Assembly: GCA_964490105.1 (NCBI GenBank)
Contig: CAZAZU010000002.1
Span: 12,751 to 76,750 of the forward strand
Length of the DNA stretch: 64,000 bases
Direction of reading: 5' to 3'
DNA from: an uncultured Gammaproteobacteria bacterium
GTDB lineage: Bacteria > Patescibacteriota > Microgenomatia > Levybacterales > UBA12049
A program made the position numbers and the translations under genes. How positions within the stretch are numbered: position 1 is the first letter of the stretch; the number at the start of each line of letters is the position of its first letter. Below the pieces are notes generated by a model. The model was not told the origin of the DNA, made no database searches, and saw only the letters and a list, made by a program, of their open reading frames with translations. Shown in pieces: positions 63,654 through 64,000 of this stretch.

Positions 63654-64000
63654 ATGAAAATATTAATGGTTGATGATGATGATGCATTATTAACTGTTTT
63701 CTCTACTACTCTAAAAAAACACGGATACGAAGTTATTACTGCAGCTAATGGCCAGCAGGGTCTGGAAAAAGCAAAGAACGAAAAACCTGACTTCATTTTT
63801 CTAGATCAAGTTCTTCCTGATATCCAAGGCAATGAAGTATTAAAGACACTTAAGGAAGATTTAGCCACAAAAATGATTCCAGTCGCTATGCTTTCAAACT
63901 TTGGTCAAAATGAATTAATCCAAAAAGCCATTAATACAGGCGCCGCTGATTATATTCTTAAATATCTAATAGAACCAGATGACTTAGATACAAAGATTAG
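63654..64000 (+). CDS. response regulator receiver domain protein (truncated by window end)
   Basis: MKILMVDDDDALLTVFSTTLKKHGYEVITAANGQQG...DFIFLDQVLPDIQG...PVAMLS is a CheY-like fold with phospho-acceptor Asp. Confidence 0.7.
   Translation, partial: MKILMVDDDDALLTVFSTTLKKHGYEVITAANGQQGLEKAKNEKPDFIFLDQVLPDIQGNEVLKTLKEDLATKMIPVAMLSNFGQNELIQKAINTGAADYILKYLIEPDDLDTKI

Overview
Low-GC bacterial chromosome segment (about one-third GC by eye, not computed) with the gene content and style of a small-genome Patescibacteria/CPR-type organism. Signs of this are a ~60-aa SecE, ribosomal proteins and NusG with long charged extensions, two mreB copies, and many secreted proteins with Pro/Thr linkers. Housekeeping genes recognised from motifs: topA, dprA, mrdA(PBP2)-mreD-mreC-mreB, def-fmt, rpmB, an M50 site-2 protease, tRNA-Thr(TGT), tRNA-Thr(GGT), rpmG, tRNA-Trp, secE-nusG-rplK-rplA, rplJ-rplL, galU, a galT-like gene, three GT4 glycosyltransferases plus a WecB/TagA-type transferase, a second mreB, tRNA-Arg(CCT), DsbA, ndk, an M16 peptidase, argS, and a partial response regulator at the window end. 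The conserved tRNA-Thr/rpmG/tRNA-Trp/secE-nusG-rplKAJL array is broken twice by accessory DNA. One break is a ~5.2 kb insertion between tRNA-Trp and secE. The other is a ~5.6 kb insertion between rplA and rplJ carrying four secreted proteins, two with C-terminal dockerin-like repeat pairs and one with a cohesin-like N-domain. This cellulosome-like module inside a ribosomal operon is the most interesting candidate system here. Other notable items: a Y1/HUH (IS200/RAYT-like) transposase flanked by near-identical long hairpins; a five-gene cluster ending in a 1354-aa surface protein with SdrD/CnaB-type repeats and a C39-like peptidase domain; two GC-rich genes wedged between mreB and mreC; an arylamine-N-acetyltransferase-like gene; candidate structured RNAs around the tRNA-Thr pair; rpmG and tRNA-Trp, which the ORF track does not show; and several scattered GC-rich hypothetical genes that look horizontally acquired. 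No CRISPR array, reverse transcriptase or obvious restriction/defence genes were seen.
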